Part shown: positions 47,622 through 57,615 of the stretch, piece after piece
How positions within the stretch are numbered: the first letter of the stretch is position 1
Layout of the letters: each line of letters begins with the position of its first letter
Source of the DNA: Alphaproteobacteria bacterium
GTDB taxonomy: Bacteria > Pseudomonadota > Alphaproteobacteria > M2410
Assembly: GCA_006226305.1 (NCBI GenBank)
Contig: SBHG01000016.1
Span: 10,009 to 74,008, forward strand
DNA: 64,000 nucleotides
Direction of reading: 5' to 3'
The notes under the pieces: model-generated
Told to the model about the DNA's origin: nothing
The model's input: only the letters and a program-made list of their open reading frames with translations
The model's database searches: none
Translations under genes and position numbers: made by a program

Positions 47622-49511
47622 TTAGGCAACCCCTTTAAGACCCGGCCAGCTGGTCTTGTCTTCAAGCTCGTTCAGCTCGGCGCGCTTGGGCGAGCGGATG
47701 GGCGCGAGCTCTTTGACAGATCGGGGCAGCTTGCGAATCTCGCGCGGTTCCTTCGCGCGCTCCAGACGCTCCACTTCCTCAAACATAGGCTCGTCATTTT
47801 CGCCATCCTGATCAGCAATGAGTGGGAGAAAAACAAGGACCACGGTCCCGGTTCCCACTTCAGAGGCAATATCAACTTCACCGCCGTGCAAATGCGCCAG
47901 GGAGCGCACCAAGGATAGCCCCAGTCCGGTTCCCGCTTTGGAGCGATCCGTCGGCCCCAGGTCGCGAACAACCTCGCCCTGTTCGAAGGGATTTCCAAGC
48001 CGCTCGAGTGTGACGGGCGGAATGCCAACGCCGTTGTCCTTGACCTCCAGAACAATCATGCCAGCCTCAAACCGGCAGCCCACCGTTATGGTTCCGCCGG
48101 CAGGTGTGAACTTGAGGGCATTACTCAGAAGATTGAGAAGGATCTGCTTGCAGGCGCGCGGGTCGGCATGGATCTTTGGCAGTTTCGGCGGAATATCCAC
48201 CGCCAAATGGACACCCGCCTGTTTGGCCTGAAGATGAACAATGCGCAGACAATTTTCGATGATCAGCGGGAAAAGAAAGCTTTCACATTTGAGCTTGTAC
48301 TTGCCCGCTTCGATCTTGGACATATCCAGTAGATCGTTGATGAGTTCGAGCAGATGTTCACCGGACTCGTTGATCAGCCGGGCATAGTCCTCATAGTGGC
48401 TATCGCCAAGCGGTCCGAAAACCTTTTGCTGCATCATGTCGGAAAAGCCGATAATGGCATTTAAGGGGGTGCGAAGTTCATGGGAGATATTGGCGAGAAA
48501 TTTTGACTTTGCCTTGTTAGCGATTTCTGCCTCGTCGCGCTCTGACTTCAGCGCCTGTTGCTCAGACTTTGTGTGGGAGATATCGCGGGCCACGGCGATG
48601 ATCTCAAAAATGCCTTTGCTTTCTTCATGCACCGGATGACATCGCATTTCGACCCAAATCAGGTGGCCGTCCTTGTGTGTCATACGGAATTCGAGGGTCG
48701 TGTCGCGACCTGTCGCGATCGCTTCGGCAAGAGATGTCTCCACGCCATTGCGGTCTGCGCGATACAAAAATGCCCCAAAGGGCATGGACATAAGCATGTC
48801 CGGTGCATAGCCAAGCATGGTGCGAGAGGCTGGCGAGACAAAGGACATGGTTCCGTCGGCCCGGTGGCGAATGATCATGTCGAGGGCATTGTCTGCAAGA
48901 AAACGGTATTTGGCCTCGCCAAGCTCAGCCTCTATTTCCATTTTCTGATAGGTGCGTTGCACGGTGATGGCGAGGGCACCCGCATAAAAAATAGCCGCCG
49001 TTGTGGCGCCCGCAAAGAGCGGCAACCAATTGGCGGGAGGAACCGGCGACACCGGCAACCAGCCGATTTGCCCGAGAACCATCAAAAGCCCGATCGCACC
49101 ACTGGAAAGCCCAAGAGACGCAAAAATGACCCGGCGGTTGCCTGACAGGGCGGCCTCAAAGGGTACGATCAGCATCCAGGCAATCAAAAAGGACGACAGC
49201 CCGCCAGTGGAGCCGGATAAAAAAGTGATGAGACAGGTCAGATTGACCAGTGAGATCAGCTGGGCCGTGTCGAGCGCCAGCCCCAAGCGCGGTAAAAAGG
49301 CAATGACGAGCGGAGCCACAAGCCAGAGGCAGACCAACAGTCCCAAGGGGCTCGGCTGACCGATCACAGTCAGAAAGGCCAGAACCGCAAGCGTCCCGGA
49401 AAATCCCGCCATAAAGTTGGAAATGACAAATCCCCGCGCCCGGTCGCGATGGCGCACCGGCACCTTCCCGAGGGGGTCAAAGGTTTCCTTGAAAAATTGT
49501 GTCAGAGACAC
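47622..49511 (-). CDS. Membrane-bound PAS-domain sensor histidine kinase
   Basis: 629 aa. Multi-TM N-terminus, PAS, HisKA (SHELRTPLNAI), and HATPase_c (GTGLGLSLV). No response regulator is adjacent. Confidence 0.85.
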   Translation of the reverse strand: MSLTQFFKETFDPLGKVPVRHRDRARGFVISNFMAGFSGTLAVLAFLTVIGQPSPLGLLVCLWLVAPLVIAFLPRLGLALDTAQLISLVNLTCLITFLSGSTGGLSSFLIAWMLIVPFEAALSGNRRVIFASLGLSSGAIGLLMVLGQIGWLPVSPVPPANWLPLFAGATTAAIFYAGALAITVQRTYQKMEIEAELGEAKYRFLADNALDMIIRHRADGTMSFVSPASRTMLGYAPDMLMSMPFGAFLYRADRNGVETSLAEAIATGRDTTLEFRMTHKDGHLIWVEMRCHPVHEESKGIFEIIAVARDISHTKSEQQALKSERDEAEIANKAKSKFLANISHELRTPLNAIIGFSDMMQQKVFGPLGDSHYEDYARLINESGEHLLELINDLLDMSKIEAGKYKLKCESFLFPLIIENCLRIVHLQAKQAGVHLAVDIPPKLPKIHADPRACKQILLNLLSNALKFTPAGGTITVGCRFEAGMIVLEVKDNGVGIPPVTLERLGNPFEQGEVVRDLGPTDRSKAGTGLGLSLVRSLAHLHGGEVDIASEVGTGTVVLVFLPLIADQDGENDEPMFEEVERLERAKEPREIRKLPRSVKELAPIRSPKRAELNELEDKTSWPGLKGVA

Positions 49512-49970
49512 CGGGATTTCCTGCCTTTGGCGGCCGCCAACCGGCCGCGTGTCGTTGATTTCCCCTAACCTCGGGCCGATGTGTTAACGATTTCTGAATC
49601 ACCCTTTTTGGCGGGGCTGATTAGATTTTCTCCTTACATTTCAGTGTCTTAAGATTCCACGGCTAAGACACATCCGGAGCATTAGGCCTCTTGACTTGGC
49701 GGGGCTGGTTAACCGATTCGAGTCCTTTGAGATGAATTTTCACCGAGTTTTGAGCAAATCCGCATCGATACGCTCACGGCTCTTTAAATCTTGAGGCCTA
49801 AGTTGGGCGACATCGGATGGCTCTGGCCTTTTCGTTAGACCTGAAATTGCCTATACTCCCCCGAAATGGGGATAGTTGGGACTTCTTCGGTCTTGTGTCG
49901 GATCCGTTTCGAGCGAAAAACGTGAAAAATCCACGGTTTCGTAAGGTGGATTGACGAGGAGTAATTTTGT

Positions 49971-51204
49971 GATGATGCGTAATGGGATTGGGACAATTTC
50001 GCGGGAAAAAGGTATTTGGAAGGACTTGAAACGGCTCGGTGCTGTTTCGGTGATTGCCTTGAGCCTGCCTGCCTTGAGTGGCTGCCAAACCATGGGTGGC
50101 GGCGCTGGCTTTTCTTTCCTGGGCGGCGGCGCTGCCGCAGCGGCGGAGGACCAGACCGGTCCTGAGAACGTCAAAGAGGCGCTTGAAGAAACCACCGAGG
50201 CTCAAGAAGCGCCCGAAGTTGTCGAAGCCAAGGCTACCGTCGCGGTTCCGAAACGCAAACCGGCTTCCATTCGAGAGGCCCAAACGGAATCTGGCAAAGT
50301 TGTTGTGGCCGCGGTTCAGCGCGAAACCGCACCTGATGAAAAATCTGTCTTTGAAAAGGTCGCTGAGGCTGAGGTTTCAGTTCCGGAAGCCTTGAAAAGC
50401 AATGAAGGTCCAAACGACAAGACTATTGTCGGCCTCGTTCGAACTTACGACAAATATCGCGGCGATCTGGCCTTTGCGGCACAGGCCTCGTTTGAAAACC
50501 GGTCGGCGATCAAGGAAGCCCATATGCGGCTTGCTCAATATGATCCGAAAACTCTGTCGCGGGCGTGGGTCGCCTATAATGCGTCCGTCGCAGCGCAAAC
50601 CCCCTCTTACTCAAAGGAAGTGGCATCCAAGGCGGGCAAGAGCGGCCCTGAGCGGTTCCTTAACTCGCTTTACAGAAAATCTGATGCTGTCATGCGCCTG
50701 AAATCATCGCCGAAAGCGGTTCGCTCTGTTCTTTACAGCGTCTCGGAAGAAAATCACCAGATGGACAGCATGTCACAGGCCTATCGCCAGATCTCGATTG
50801 ACCTGCAAACTGGCAAAACAACAAATGTGTCCATGGCGGCTGAACGGTCTAAACTCATCAAGGCTGGGTTTAGCGGTGAAATGGTTGTCGCGGCCTCCAA
50901 AACCAATCTGAAAGTCAGCCAGGCCGCCGTGACGACAAAGTCGCGGCCGATCCTCGGCAACATGCTGATTTTGGGCGCTCACATCAGCACCAATACCTCA
51001 GAAGGCAAATACAAGAAGAACACCACGCTTCTGTCCGAGTATAAAGACGGCGAACAATGCCTGAAATGGGCAAAACTTAATCTGGCGCAGTGCATTGCCG
51101 CCTCGCGGGATCTGTCCGAGCAGGCCTATTGCACCGGTCGTCACGGCATCAAGGAAGTGTCGGATTGCTGGGGCTTTATGACCCTGGATGGCAATCCCGC
51201 CTAA
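49971..51204 (+). CDS. Hypothetical lipoprotein
   Basis: GAGGAG RBS then GTG/ATG at 49968-49973. Signal peptide with lipobox LSGC, a Gly/Ala-rich linker, and an acidic region. No recognised domain. Confidence 0.5.
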
Positions 51205-51344
51205 GGCAGTCAGCGTAGATCTTTTCAGAAAAGGCGGTGCCGCGGCATCGCCTTTTTTATTTGGCGCATGCCCTGCGGGGTTGCATGGGCGGCCTGATGG
51301 GCTTATGTCCCATGGTGTGTATTGGCAATGGCATAAGATCTCTC

Positions 51345-51773
51345 ATGACCTCTCCGACGATTGACGACATTCTGGCGGATTTTGACTTCCTGGACGCGTG
51401 GGATGACCGTTATCGCTATGTCATTGAACTTGGGCGATCGCTGGCGCCTTTACCGGACGAGGCCCATAACGATGAAACCAAGGTGCAAGGTTGTGTGAGC
51501 CAGGTCTGGCTCGTGAGCGAAACAGATGATGCCGTTCCGCCGCACCTTCATTTTAAAGGCGACTCGGACGCGCATATCGTGAAGGGGCTGATCGCTATTT
51601 TGCTCGCCCTTTACTCAGGAAAAACCGCTGAAGAGATCATGGCTATCGACGCCAAAGCGATCCTGGCCCAGATGGGTCTGGATACGCATCTGACGCCGCA
51701 ACGTTCTAACGGGCTGCACTCTATGATCCAGCGGATCCAAAGTGATGCGCGCACCGCTCTGGAAACCGCCTGA
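51345..51773 (+). CDS. sufE: SufE-family cysteine desulfuration (sulfur acceptor) protein
   Basis: 142 aa from the internal ATG. Conserved motif ..KVQGCVSQVWL.. with the active-site Cys. Confidence 0.8.
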   Translation: MTSPTIDDILADFDFLDAWDDRYRYVIELGRSLAPLPDEAHNDETKVQGCVSQVWLVSETDDAVPPHLHFKGDSDAHIVKGLIAILLALYSGKTAEEIMAIDAKAILAQMGLDTHLTPQRSNGLHSMIQRIQSDARTALETA

Positions 51774-51785
51774 ACCAAATTAGAG

Positions 51786-53393
51786 CTAGTGGCCGCCGGT
51801 CGCTTCTTCCGTATCGAAGTGAATTTCAGATGCCTGGTGGTGACCGATGAGCTTGGCATTGTACAAATAGTCCGTCGCCTGCGGCAGATAGTAGAGCACC
51901 ATAACAAAACCGACGATGCTCATCACGATCGTATAAGGTAGCGCTTGCTGCACCATCTTCAGGTAGGACAAACGCACCAACGGCGCCACTGACGATGTCA
52001 GCAGAAACAGGAAGGCCGCCTGCCCGTTCGGTGTGGCGACGCTCGGGATGTTGGTCCCCGTGTTGATGGCCACTGCGATAAGGTCAAACTGGTCCCGTGT
52101 GATGAGACCTTCGCTCAAAGCGACCTTGGCTTCATTGATGTAGACCGTCGCCACGAAAACATTGTCGCTGATGGCCGAAAGCACGCCATTGGCCACATAG
52201 AACAGCGCGATCTGAATGTTTCCTTCAATTTCCAGCACATGATGGATGATGGGAGCAAACAGGCCCTGATCGTGAATAACTGCAACGACAGCAAAGAAGA
52301 TCGCCAAAAGCGCCGTGAATGGCAGGGCTTCAGAGAAAGCGTGGCCAATCTGATGCTCGTCTGTCACGCCGGTAAAGGCACAGGCAAAGACGATGACTGT
52401 CAGACCGATGAGGCCTACTGCCGCCAGGTGAAACGCCAAGGCAATGATGAGCCAAAGGGCAACGATGCCTTGCATCAGAAGCGAAGCTTTTTCAGAAACC
52501 GAACGATTTTGATCCTGGGTATCAGAATAGGCCTGCAGCTGCGCTCTCACGAGCTCGGGAATTTGGTGGCCGTAATCAAATAATTTGAACTTTTCAACAA
52601 GGGCGCAAGTTGCCAGACCTGCGACGAAAACCGGCAGTGTTACTGGCGCCATGCGAAGGAAAAACTCGCCAAATTCCCAATTGGCCTGAGAGGCAATCAG
52701 AAGGTTTTGCGGCTCGCCGACAAGGGTCATTACACCGCCCAGGGCTGTCCCAACCGCGGCATGCATGAGCAGATTGCGCAGAAAACCACGAAAATGTTCC
52801 AGATCCTCCCGGTGATGATCTTCAACACTGCTGTCATCGGCATGGTCGTGCTCATCGGCATAAAGATGCTTGCCCGAGGCAAAGCGGTGATAAATACCGT
52901 AAAAGCCAACCGCGATGGCAATAACAACCGCGGTGACTGTCAAGGCATCAAGAAAGGCCGACAAAAAGGCCCCCGCCGCGCTGAACATGATTGATAGCAA
53001 AATCTTGGAGCGGATCTTCAACAACAGCTTTGTGAAGACCATGAGCAAGAGGCTTTTCATGAAATAGATGCCCGCGACCATGAAGATCAGCAAGAGGATG
53101 ACCTCAAGATTGGCATGGAGTTCATGATACACCGACTCAGGACTGGTCAGCCCAATGACGACCGCCTCAATGGCGATCAGCCCGCCAGGGATGAGCGGGT
53201 AGCAGCGCAGCGCCATTGCCAGGGTAAAGATAAATTCGAGGATCAAAATCCAACCCGCAACGCCAAAGCCGACTGTATAGGCCAGGATGGGATTGATGAC
53301 CAAAAAGGCCAAAATCGCCTGCTTATACCAGAGGGCGGATGAGCCCATGAAGTTCTTAGGAAGTGCCTTGATAAGGCTTTGCGAGTCGCTCAT
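51786..53393 (-). CDS. nhaB: Na+/H+ antiporter NhaB
   Basis: 535 aa. Strong full-length similarity, from memory, to enterobacterial NhaB (..[47 protein letters not shown]..). Confidence 0.85.
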   Translation of the reverse strand: MSDSQSLIKALPKNFMGSSALWYKQAILAFLVINPILAYTVGFGVAGWILILEFIFTLAMALRCYPLIPGGLIAIEAVVIGLTSPESVYHELHANLEVILLLIFMVAGIYFMKSLLLMVFTKLLLKIRSKILLSIMFSAAGAFLSAFLDALTVTAVVIAIAVGFYGIYHRFASGKHLYADEHDHADDSSVEDHHREDLEHFRGFLRNLLMHAAVGTALGGVMTLVGEPQNLLIASQANWEFGEFFLRMAPVTLPVFVAGLATCALVEKFKLFDYGHQIPELVRAQLQAYSDTQDQNRSVSEKASLLMQGIVALWLIIALAFHLAAVGLIGLTVIVFACAFTGVTDEHQIGHAFSEALPFTALLAIFFAVVAVIHDQGLFAPIIHHVLEIEGNIQIALFYVANGVLSAISDNVFVATVYINEAKVALSEGLITRDQFDLIAVAINTGTNIPSVATPNGQAAFLFLLTSSVAPLVRLSYLKMVQQALPYTIVMSIVGFVMVLYYLPQATDYLYNAKLIGHHQASEIHFDTEEATGGH

Positions 53394-53639
53394 ATCGGAT
53401 CCCTGTTCACTCGTGGAGCCGCCCCCTCCTCTATCAAAGGGCGATCCTCAAAAAAGACATATGTGCAGGTTTGTTGTAGGGCCGGGGGATGGTCCCAGGT
53501 CGGTCAACCGATGCACCTGTCCCGCCAGCCTCTCCAAACGGCCGAACGGGACAAAGTTAACCATCATTTGCCATGTCAGCGGGGCGCCCGCAACCGTTTT
53601 CGACCGGAAAAAGCGTGGAATCAGTAGGGGTTCTTCAGA

Positions 53640-54587
53640 TCAGGCGCTGGCGGGTGCACCGTTTCCCACATCCGCCCTCAAAAGGCCCGCCTTCTGGCTG
53701 GCCCAGTAATGAAGAGCCAAAACCGGGAAGAGGAACAGATAGCCCATCATGTAATCGGTTTGCTCTCCCTTGGTCACCAAAACTGTCGCAAAGGGCATCC
53801 CCGACGATGTCGAGGTCGCCACCAGAAATACGAACATATTGTGGAAAGCATGCATACCAGTGGAGGCTTCAAGGCCGTTTGTCTTGAGCGCCAAAACAGC
53901 CAGATAGAGGGCCATGGTGAAATAAGTCAAAACGGCCCAAAGGCCCCCGGCACTCCAATCCGCATTAAACGCATGGAAAATCGTGAAAAAAATTGCCGGA
54001 ACCACGAGCCGAATACCGAGAATGCCCGTCAGTGCCGCAACACCCTGTGTCAGATAGCCTCTGAAAAACGCTTCTTCGGCGAGGGCTTGAAATGGGGTCA
54101 GAAGAACGACCACAAAGATAAAGGGCCACATGCGGGCAAAATCAAAAACAACCTCGAAACTATCCGGGTCCAAGGCATAACTGACAAGGAGGAACACCCC
54201 CTCGATCGCCAAAATAATGAACCCGCTTTGCAGGAACCGCCTCATATCAAACGAAGCGCGCGCCGTTAAGAGCGTCACAAGCGGTTGGCGATGAAGATAT
54301 TTTGCAACAATCAATGTCGCGACCAACAAGGCAATCACCGAAATCAAAATGAAGGTGCACGCAATAAGGGCCGCCAAATCCTGATCTGGCGTTAAATCGA
54401 CCCAGTTCTTTTGTTCCGATATCAGCTCGAAGGCCGGACGAACAGAAGGTATGAACAATAACGACAGGACGGCGGCGTTTAGAAGGGCGAAGAGAACGAC
54501 CGCCATTACCGACCCACTCAGGTAGTACCAAACACTTCGCCGCCCTTCCGGCGCCTGATCAAAAAATGAGTTTGAATTATCGGCCAT
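53640..54587 (-). CDS. CPBP-family intramembrane glutamic endopeptidase (CAAX protease / Abi)
   Basis: 315 aa. Motif 1 EE.FFRG (ALAEEAFFRGYL) and motif 2 FHAFN (TIFHAFNAD), multi-TM. Confidence 0.8.
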   Translation of the reverse strand: MADNSNSFFDQAPEGRRSVWYYLSGSVMAVVLFALLNAAVLSLLFIPSVRPAFELISEQKNWVDLTPDQDLAALIACTFILISVIALLVATLIVAKYLHRQPLVTLLTARASFDMRRFLQSGFIILAIEGVFLLVSYALDPDSFEVVFDFARMWPFIFVVVLLTPFQALAEEAFFRGYLTQGVAALTGILGIRLVVPAIFFTIFHAFNADWSAGGLWAVLTYFTMALYLAVLALKTNGLEASTGMHAFHNMFVFLVATSTSSGMPFATVLVTKGEQTDYMMGYLFLFPVLALHYWASQKAGLLRADVGNGAPASA

Positions 54588-54715
54588 TTATCGATCCCCG
54601 TCTTGTCAGACATGCTTGCCGCAAATAATAGCCGCTGATTTGCGCCAAATGTCAAAAAGGCGCCGGGAACGGTCTGTCAAAGACCCTTCCCAGCGCCTTG
54701 CTCTCTAGTGCTTTG

Positions 54716-55456
54716 CTAGATTAACCCCTTCTGCATGCAAGAGCATTCCGAGAATACGTCCTCCAAGAGCGTATCCAGAAAAGAATCAAGAGCTGCCGAC
54801 ATCAGTTCCTGCTTGGTGACGTCGAGCTTCATAGCGGCAACCTGCAGGCGGATATAGCGCCTCGGATCAAGCGCCACGCCGACGCCCTTTCCTTGCTCGG
54901 CAAGGGTGGCGTTGCGGATTGCTGTCACCAGATCGGCCTTGGCGGTGGCACAGCCAGACTTCGGCTGCTCGCCCGCCGGATTTACCTCTCCGGAACGGGT
55001 GTGCGGCGCCGGATCAACGAAGCGGTTGCGCTGAGCGCTCTCTATGGCGCGGTCCACCAGGGCATCAAGCCCCAGGTTTTCACTTTCGCCTTCCTCTGCG
55101 ATCTCGTCTCCAAAAAGATCAAGCTCGGGGCCATCTTGCGAAGCGTCCAAATAGACCTGATTTGCGAAGGCCTCTTCGATTTTGGATGCCCGCTCGTCAA
55201 GCGGTCCGGAAGTGATCTCTTGTTCCTCTGCGTCTTCGTCCGCTGCGTTGCGGTCAAAGGCCCGAAACGGATTCCAACCCGTCATGCTTTCGCTTTCAAA
55301 CTCCTGAGCCAATCGCTTGGCCGGCAGATGTTGCGCCATCGCTTCAGGTGAAAAAGAGGCTGCAACAGGCACAGCTTCCCCTTTGCGGGCCAAAAGGCCA
55401 GCGGTCAACGAGGCATAGCGCGGACGATCTTTTTTAGCTGCATTGCTTTGGTCCAT
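54716..55456 (-). CDS. Acidic low-complexity protein with a C-terminal ribbon-helix-helix-like segment; putative partner of the ParA-like ATPase
   Basis: 246 aa. A D/E-rich central region, and the C-terminus GVGVALDPRRYIRLQVAAMKLDVTKQELMSAALDSFLD looks like an RHH (CopG/ParG-type) motif. Its start lies 12 nt after the ParA-like stop. Confidence 0.5.
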   Translation of the reverse strand: MDQSNAAKKDRPRYASLTAGLLARKGEAVPVAASFSPEAMAQHLPAKRLAQEFESESMTGWNPFRAFDRNAADEDAEEQEITSGPLDERASKIEEAFANQVYLDASQDGPELDLFGDEIAEEGESENLGLDALVDRAIESAQRNRFVDPAPHTRSGEVNPAGEQPKSGCATAKADLVTAIRNATLAEQGKGVGVALDPRRYIRLQVAAMKLDVTKQELMSAALDSFLDTLLEDVFSECSCMQKGLI

Positions 55457-55468
55457 TATCTCGCCCCC

Positions 55469-56200
55469 TTATCCGGCCCGGCGGCCAAAGGTTGGCGCTG
55501 AGCGGCCCAGACCATTGATCTGGCGTTGTGAAAGACGAGTATGACGCGCTTCTGCGGCCTCCTGATCAAGACGTGACAGTCGACCGGTAAGATATCCCCA
55601 AAGGGCGCGAACTTCTTCTGCGGAAGCACCCCCGGGATCGGTCTCCATGACCGTGCGCCCGTCAATCATGCTGGCCGCGAAGTCGACGCGATTGTGAATA
55701 TTGACCGGAGCCACTGTTCCATGTTGCGAAAGCGCAATGGCGGCTTCACTTGTAATTCGAGCCCGGGGCGTCGCCGCGTTGATGACAAAAATCAACGGCT
55801 TGCGACGCGACTCGACAATGTCCACCGTGGCGCCAACAGCCCTAAGGTCGTGAGGGCTAGGACGGGTCGGGAGGATGACCAAATTGGCCAGATCCACCAC
55901 TTCCGAAATAGCGTGGGTAACCGCTGGCGGCGTGTCGATCACCACCATTTTGTACCCAACGGCTCTAATTTCACTGAGGTCAGATGCAAGACGCGAAAAA
56001 GTCGATTGAACAAAAACCGGCGATTCTTTCGCGCGCGCATTCCACCACTTTGCCAGCGACCCCTGCGGGTCTGTGTCAACTAATGCGACAGGCCCTGCCC
56101 CCTGGCGTTCTGCTTCGACCGCAAGATGCCCGGCAAGAGTCGTCTTGCCGGATCCCCCCTTTTGGGAAGCCAATACGATGACACGCATGGCTGACTCCAT
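55469..56200 (-). CDS. ParA/MinD-family P-loop ATPase (small ParA type)
   Basis: 243 aa from ATG 56200, preceded by AGGAG. Deviant Walker A SQKGGSGKTT, Walker A' and Walker B (VVIDTPP). Confidence 0.8.
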   Translation of the reverse strand: MESAMRVIVLASQKGGSGKTTLAGHLAVEAERQGAGPVALVDTDPQGSLAKWWNARAKESPVFVQSTFSRLASDLSEIRAVGYKMVVIDTPPAVTHAISEVVDLANLVILPTRPSPHDLRAVGATVDIVESRRKPLIFVINAATPRARITSEAAIALSQHGTVAPVNIHNRVDFAASMIDGRTVMETDPGGASAEEVRALWGYLTGRLSRLDQEAAEARHTRLSQRQINGLGRSAPTFGRRAG

Positions 56201-56417
56201 TGCTTGCTCCTTTCGGTAGCCCCGCTGCCCTAACTCAGATGGACCGGTGGCTTTGCGTCCCAGCGTTACCACTGGTTTGCCGTTTCGAGTTGCACTTCAG
56301 GAGGTTGGAAATGTCCGGCACCCCTCAGTACGCCTTTAGATTATGGATCAACTCTTAACTGTCGATGAATATTAAACTTTTAAGCAATCTTGGTTAACCG
56401 GGTGTAACCATAGCGGC

Positions 56418-57605
56418 TCAAGCGGCCTGCTCTTGCTGGTCTTGGCTTTTCGCAGCGGCGTCTCCAAAACTCCAGATCGCGACCAGATTGGCCGCCACCT
56501 CTGTGTCGATCTCGTCGAAACTCTCGCAGGCCCGGTGAAGGTTGTGCGAATAAACACTCCATTCCAATTCTCTTTGGAACAGATGGGCATAAATATCCTC
56601 AAACTGACCTTTGCGAAGGCCAATCGCATTGAAGAAAATCGCAAGCGACAACCCACTGGGGTCCGTCAAAAGGCGCTTTATACTGCGCTGCCCAAGGCAA
56701 AGCCCATTGAGCATGAATTCAACCAGTTGATTGAGACCTGTTTGACCCAGCACCAAGGTGTAACCCTGTCCACGCACGGTTTCCAGGCGATCATGCAGAG
56801 CAATAGTGGCCTGGAGGGTTTGCGCAGCGGCATTGCCTTCTCCTCGCAACTTGAGAAATCCGTCAAGCACCTGGCCAAAAGCCTCCGCAGTCACTGGATA
56901 TCGCGCCAATAGTTTAGCCCGCGACGAGGGCAGCCAACGCCAATAGGATTGATAGGCGATTTGCATCGTCAAATGCACACCGTTCAGAATCTCTTTCTCG
57001 CGTGCAGCGTTGCCCAGGTAGTTATCCAACAACCGCAAAAACTGTTTTTCACTCAGAATGATATTACTGTTGTGCAGCAATACCGATAGCGCCTCGACAT
57101 CCCCGGATTCCAGGAGCACATCAATCGCGCTGCTCGGCAAGTCACAACGGCCCGCAATGATACGTCGATGCTGAGCTGACCCGCGTGTAATTGCGGCTTT
57201 GAAATGATCGTCTGTTATGAATTTGCTGCGTGCCAGAAGCGGCGCTGCCACAGTAAGCTCATCAGTGATCAAACTTTCAATCAGAATACCCGAGGCCTCA
57301 TCCTGGCGCGACAGATCATCTGAAAATTTGCGGCGGTGATGCACAGGGATTTTGGGGAGCAGGCTATGCAAAATGACATCCAGCACCACCAGCTCGTTGT
57401 CCTCAAGCCCTGAATTCTCAGAGTGCCGAAACTCCATAACTGTTTCAAAAATACGGATCCATGTTTTGGCGTCGCGTTCACGTGACCCTTCGATCATTGA
57501 GAGCAAAGCCATAAGGGCAGACTTGCCCCGGCCAATTGGCCCGAGCTTTTTTTCATCCTGCTCTTTTTTAGCTTCTGAACTGGCGGTCTCAATAAGATCC
57601 TTCAC
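56418..57605 (-). CDS. DUF2336 domain protein (paralog 2)
   Basis: 395 aa, helical-repeat protein. Shared segment LTVAAPLLARSKFITDDHF...RRIIAGRCDL. Confidence 0.65.
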   Translation of the reverse strand: MKDLIETASSEAKKEQDEKKLGPIGRGKSALMALLSMIEGSRERDAKTWIRIFETVMEFRHSENSGLEDNELVVLDVILHSLLPKIPVHHRRKFSDDLSRQDEASGILIESLITDELTVAAPLLARSKFITDDHFKAAITRGSAQHRRIIAGRCDLPSSAIDVLLESGDVEALSVLLHNSNIILSEKQFLRLLDNYLGNAAREKEILNGVHLTMQIAYQSYWRWLPSSRAKLLARYPVTAEAFGQVLDGFLKLRGEGNAAAQTLQATIALHDRLETVRGQGYTLVLGQTGLNQLVEFMLNGLCLGQRSIKRLLTDPSGLSLAIFFNAIGLRKGQFEDIYAHLFQRELEWSVYSHNLHRACESFDEIDTEVAANLVAIWSFGDAAAKSQDQQEQAA

Positions 57606-57615
57606 GGGAGGTCTC

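Noticed and set aside
55469-56200. ParA-like ATPase as the cellulose-associated BcsQ
   Set aside because: It is about 8 kb from bcsC on the opposite strand, with four unrelated genes between. The sequence resembles small plasmid-type ParA rather than BcsQ/YhjQ.
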